Assembly: GCA_004322365.1 (NCBI GenBank)
Contig: SCTS01000007.1
Coordinates: 84,266 to 122,051, forward strand
DNA: 37,786 nucleotides
Direction of reading: 5' to 3'
Origin: Patescibacteria group bacterium
Lineage (GTDB): Bacteria > Patescibacteriota > Minisyncoccia > Phycocordibacterales > Phycocordibacteraceae
Made by a program: the position numbers and the translations under genes
The notes under the pieces: model-generated
Databases searched by the model: none
What the model saw: only the letters and a program-made list of their open reading frames with translations
Told to the model about the DNA's origin: nothing
Shown: one piece after another, positions 35,703 to 37,786 of the stretch
How the letters are laid out: each line of letters opens with the position of its first letter
Numbering within the stretch: the stretch's first letter is position 1

Positions 35703-36439
35703 GTTTTATTTTGAAATGCCATCACCGCTAAGAGTAGTGTATCAACGCTCCCCTCAGTGTAGCTCTTTGCTTTATTAAATGTGTCCACATCGGAAAGAGC
35801 TTCTATAGGGTCGCCTTTCCATGTCGCCATGTTCTCAACGGCTCTTGCTAATGCCCCAACACTTTTCACTACTTCGAGGTGTTCTGTGGCGAGTGTTTTC
35901 GGCACCTCCATTATTAGTAGCGATGCTCCTATTTTTTTATATAAATCAGCCGTTGACTGAAGTGCAGGTGTTCCATAAATGTTGTCGTTCATGACACTTT
36001 GCGTGAAAACCGTTACCTCGTATTTTTTCACTTGATTAGCTTGGCTCAAAATGACTACCAGTAGTTTGGAGTATGTGTCTAGTGAGGCTGTGTCACTGAT
36101 ATTTAAATCAACAAGATTGATGTTTGGCACTATAGCTGGACTGACCACTCTTTGTTTTACTAGCGAGGCAATAATGACATCGCGCTCCCTTGCACTGTAG
36201 TTTGTATTTTCTGCAAGTTTTGCATATAGGTCCTCCGAAAGAGATCCTGTAAGACTGTTATCTGAGGACTGTGTCACCGTACTTGAAACAGATTGCCAAC
36301 CTGTCATTGTTTCCCCACCAGGGATTACCGCTATTCTTTTTGGTTGATGTAGAAAGGAATACGCAGAAGATCCACCTATAACAACGACTGCAAATATCAC
36401 TGCCCAAAAAGCACCCCCCCATTTATTTTGGGTTTCCAT
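35699..36439 (-). CDS. Membrane-anchored hypothetical protein
   Basis: N-terminal TM; VPKTLATEHL..DPIEAL; overlaps the start of the next gene. Confidence 0.7.
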   Translation of the reverse strand: METQNKWGGAFWAVIFAVVVIGGSSAYSFLHQPKRIAVIPGGETMTGWQSVSSTVTQSSDNSLTGSLSEDLYAKLAENTNYSARERDVIIASLVKQRVVSPAIVPNINLVDLNISDTASLDTYSKLLVVILSQANQVKKYEVTVFTQSVMNDNIYGTPALQSTADLYKKIGASLLIMEVPKTLATEHLEVVKSVGALARAVENMATWKGDPIEALSDVDTFNKAKSYTEGSVDTLLLAVMAFQNKT

Positions 36440-36572
36440 CGTACCGTTAGTATAACCCCAGCTATAAAGGACTATTGTCCTTTATACGTGCTTGTGGGGA
36501 TTAGAAGTGTGGTGTTAAAAATAAAAAATATCCGTCTCCTTGGCGGACGTTTCTTAGGGAGAAGATTTTTCA

Positions 36573-36794
36573 CTACTCAGGGCGGTAGGGAGCGTATTGT
36601 GATTCAAAATCTCGCACGAGAGCTTTAATTTCATAGATAGAAAGACGGTGATGTTTCTCTGCCGGCTCCGCCTGAGTTTTGGTATCTTGAGACAAAAGTA
36701 CCCCAGAAGCCACTACGAGCCCCAAAGTAGTGAAAAATTCTACCAAAGAAATTTTCCCCTCTCTTTTTACTCCGCTTTTCTCACTTTGGTGCAT
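36573..36794 (-). CDS. Small hypothetical membrane protein (73 aa)
   Basis: Probable ATG at 36794; single hydrophobic segment. Confidence 0.4.
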   Translation of the reverse strand: MHQSEKSGVKREGKISLVEFFTTLGLVVASGVLLSQDTKTQAEPAEKHHRLSIYEIKALVRDFESQYAPYRPE

Positions 36795-36910
36795 ATTTTC
36801 TTTGATTTTTGATGAGCATACCATAAGCCTTTGTGGGGTGGGGGCATGGTTATTGGGTTGTTGTGTTAAAAATCTAGGATAGTGGCTCATGAGCAAGTTA
36901 TAGTGTTGTT

Positions 36911-37786
36911 ATGTCTCGATTTAATGCTATTCCCTACCTCGCTTTCACCTCTATACTGCTCATTCTTTTACCGTTCGCTGTTCGAGCGAGTGAACCAGCA
37001 CAAGTAAAGCAGGCGTCATTTGAAGGTACGGTGCTCGAGGTTATTCCCTGCACAAACATTTCAGGGTCTCTGGTTACGATTGGATCTTCTGGTTCCCAGT
37101 TTATATATAGAGGAGGTATTTCAAAATCAGCTCCTATCAATGCTTCGCCTGCCGTAGGAAAAGAAGTCTCAGGAGTGTTATTCCCGTCGTTTGTTGATTG
37201 CGAAGTAGGAAATGGAGCGGAGGCAATCACCTTTAAACGACAATCCATACTTTATTACGCTTCCGCGCGCACTGTATATGCAGAGCCTTCACAAGCATCA
37301 GCGCCTAGGTCACCCAATCAATCTCCTAGTCCATCGTCCGGCGAGTCTTCTTTTGGTGGATTTTCTGGTTTGTTTTCAAAACTTCAGAGTTCTTTCTCAT
37401 CATTATTTTCTGGAAGTTCTGGGCAAACTCAATCAACTGGTGCCTCAACCCACACGACATCAAATTCAAACACCTCTGCCGGTAATATTAGTAACGCTAA
37501 CACGTCTGGGGGAGCATCATCCGCAGGAGGGATAAGCATTAGTCAGCCATATGGCGGGATAGTGCTCGCAGCAATTCCTTGTACCTGTAGTGCGGGAGAT
37601 TTTCTGATCACTCTCGGGCCTCCTTCGGCAGGTACGTACCTTTTTAGCCCAACGAGTGTTCCAACAATTTATCCCTACGGGTTAGTTATTGTTCCTGGAG
37701 TTCATCATCTTGGGTTTTATCGCCCCTTCGGACTTTGTTGGATGATTGCATATCCATGCACTTCTATTCCGGCAACAAAAGGCACT
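36911..37786 (+). CDS. Secreted protein with two Cys-containing repeat domains (runs off the window)
   Basis: Manual translation is open from ATG 36911 to the end: signal peptide (AVRA), FEGTVLEVIPCT, Ser/Gly linker, YGGIVLAAIPCTCS. Absent from the ORF track because it has no stop. Confidence 0.8.
   Translation, partial: MSRFNAIPYLAFTSILLILLPFAVRASEPAQVKQASFEGTVLEVIPCTNISGSLVTIGSSGSQFIYRGGISKSAPINASPAVGKEVSGVLFPSFVDCEVGNGAEAITFKRQSILYYASARTVYAEPSQASAPRSPNQSPSPSSGESSFGGFSGLFSKLQSSFSSLFSGSSGQTQSTGASTHTTSNSNTSAGNISNANTSGGASSAGGISISQPYGGIVLAAIPCTCSAGDFLITLGPPSAGTYLFSPTSVPTIYPYGLVIVPGVHHLGFYRPFGLCWMIAYPCTSIPATKGT

Noticed and set aside
21503-36439. Integrative conjugative element or prophage
   Set aside because: No integrase, relaxase, att pair or phage structural genes; it abuts core genes and shares the host's repeats and promoter style.
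36934-37535. ORFs 36934-37248 (-) and 37212-37535 (+)
   Set aside because: Both lie within the longer plus-strand frame starting at 36911, which has a signal peptide.

Overview
Chromosomal origin region of a small-genome bacterium. Gene content and short, SD-poor leaders point to Patescibacteria/CPR (Parcubacteria-like); TGA is used as stop. The left half is housekeeping: rpsT, ruvA, murE-like, trmH-like, tRNA-Lys, holA, polA, tsaE, a pilB/gspE ATPase, ruvB-mazG-ruvC, tyrS, a class A PBP, dnaN-dnaA with a probable oriC, and rpmH-rnpA-yidC-jag. The right half (21.5-36.4 kb, minus strand) is a T4SS-like envelope cluster: VirB2-type pilin, VirB4, PrgI, VirB6-like and secreted Gly/Cys-rich proteins. 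No relaxase, integrase or VirD4 is in the window. Most unusual signal: about 10 intergenic loci built from degenerate 7-bp tandem repeats, mostly as inverted arms ([CTAGGTG]n ... [A(G/C)CTAGN]n) around a TTTAA core. Some are empty. Others enclose cargo, including a four-helix-bundle (TIGR02436/Avd-like) gene with TTTAA at both junctions. Also found: an unannotated ~200-nt structured RNA candidate with its own promoter between pilB and ruvB, a tRNA-Lys 3'-end duplication and hairpin stack, a tandem pair of self-promoted orphan gene cassettes with REP-like hairpins, and several small ORFs missing from the ORF track. All calls are by eye; no searches were run.
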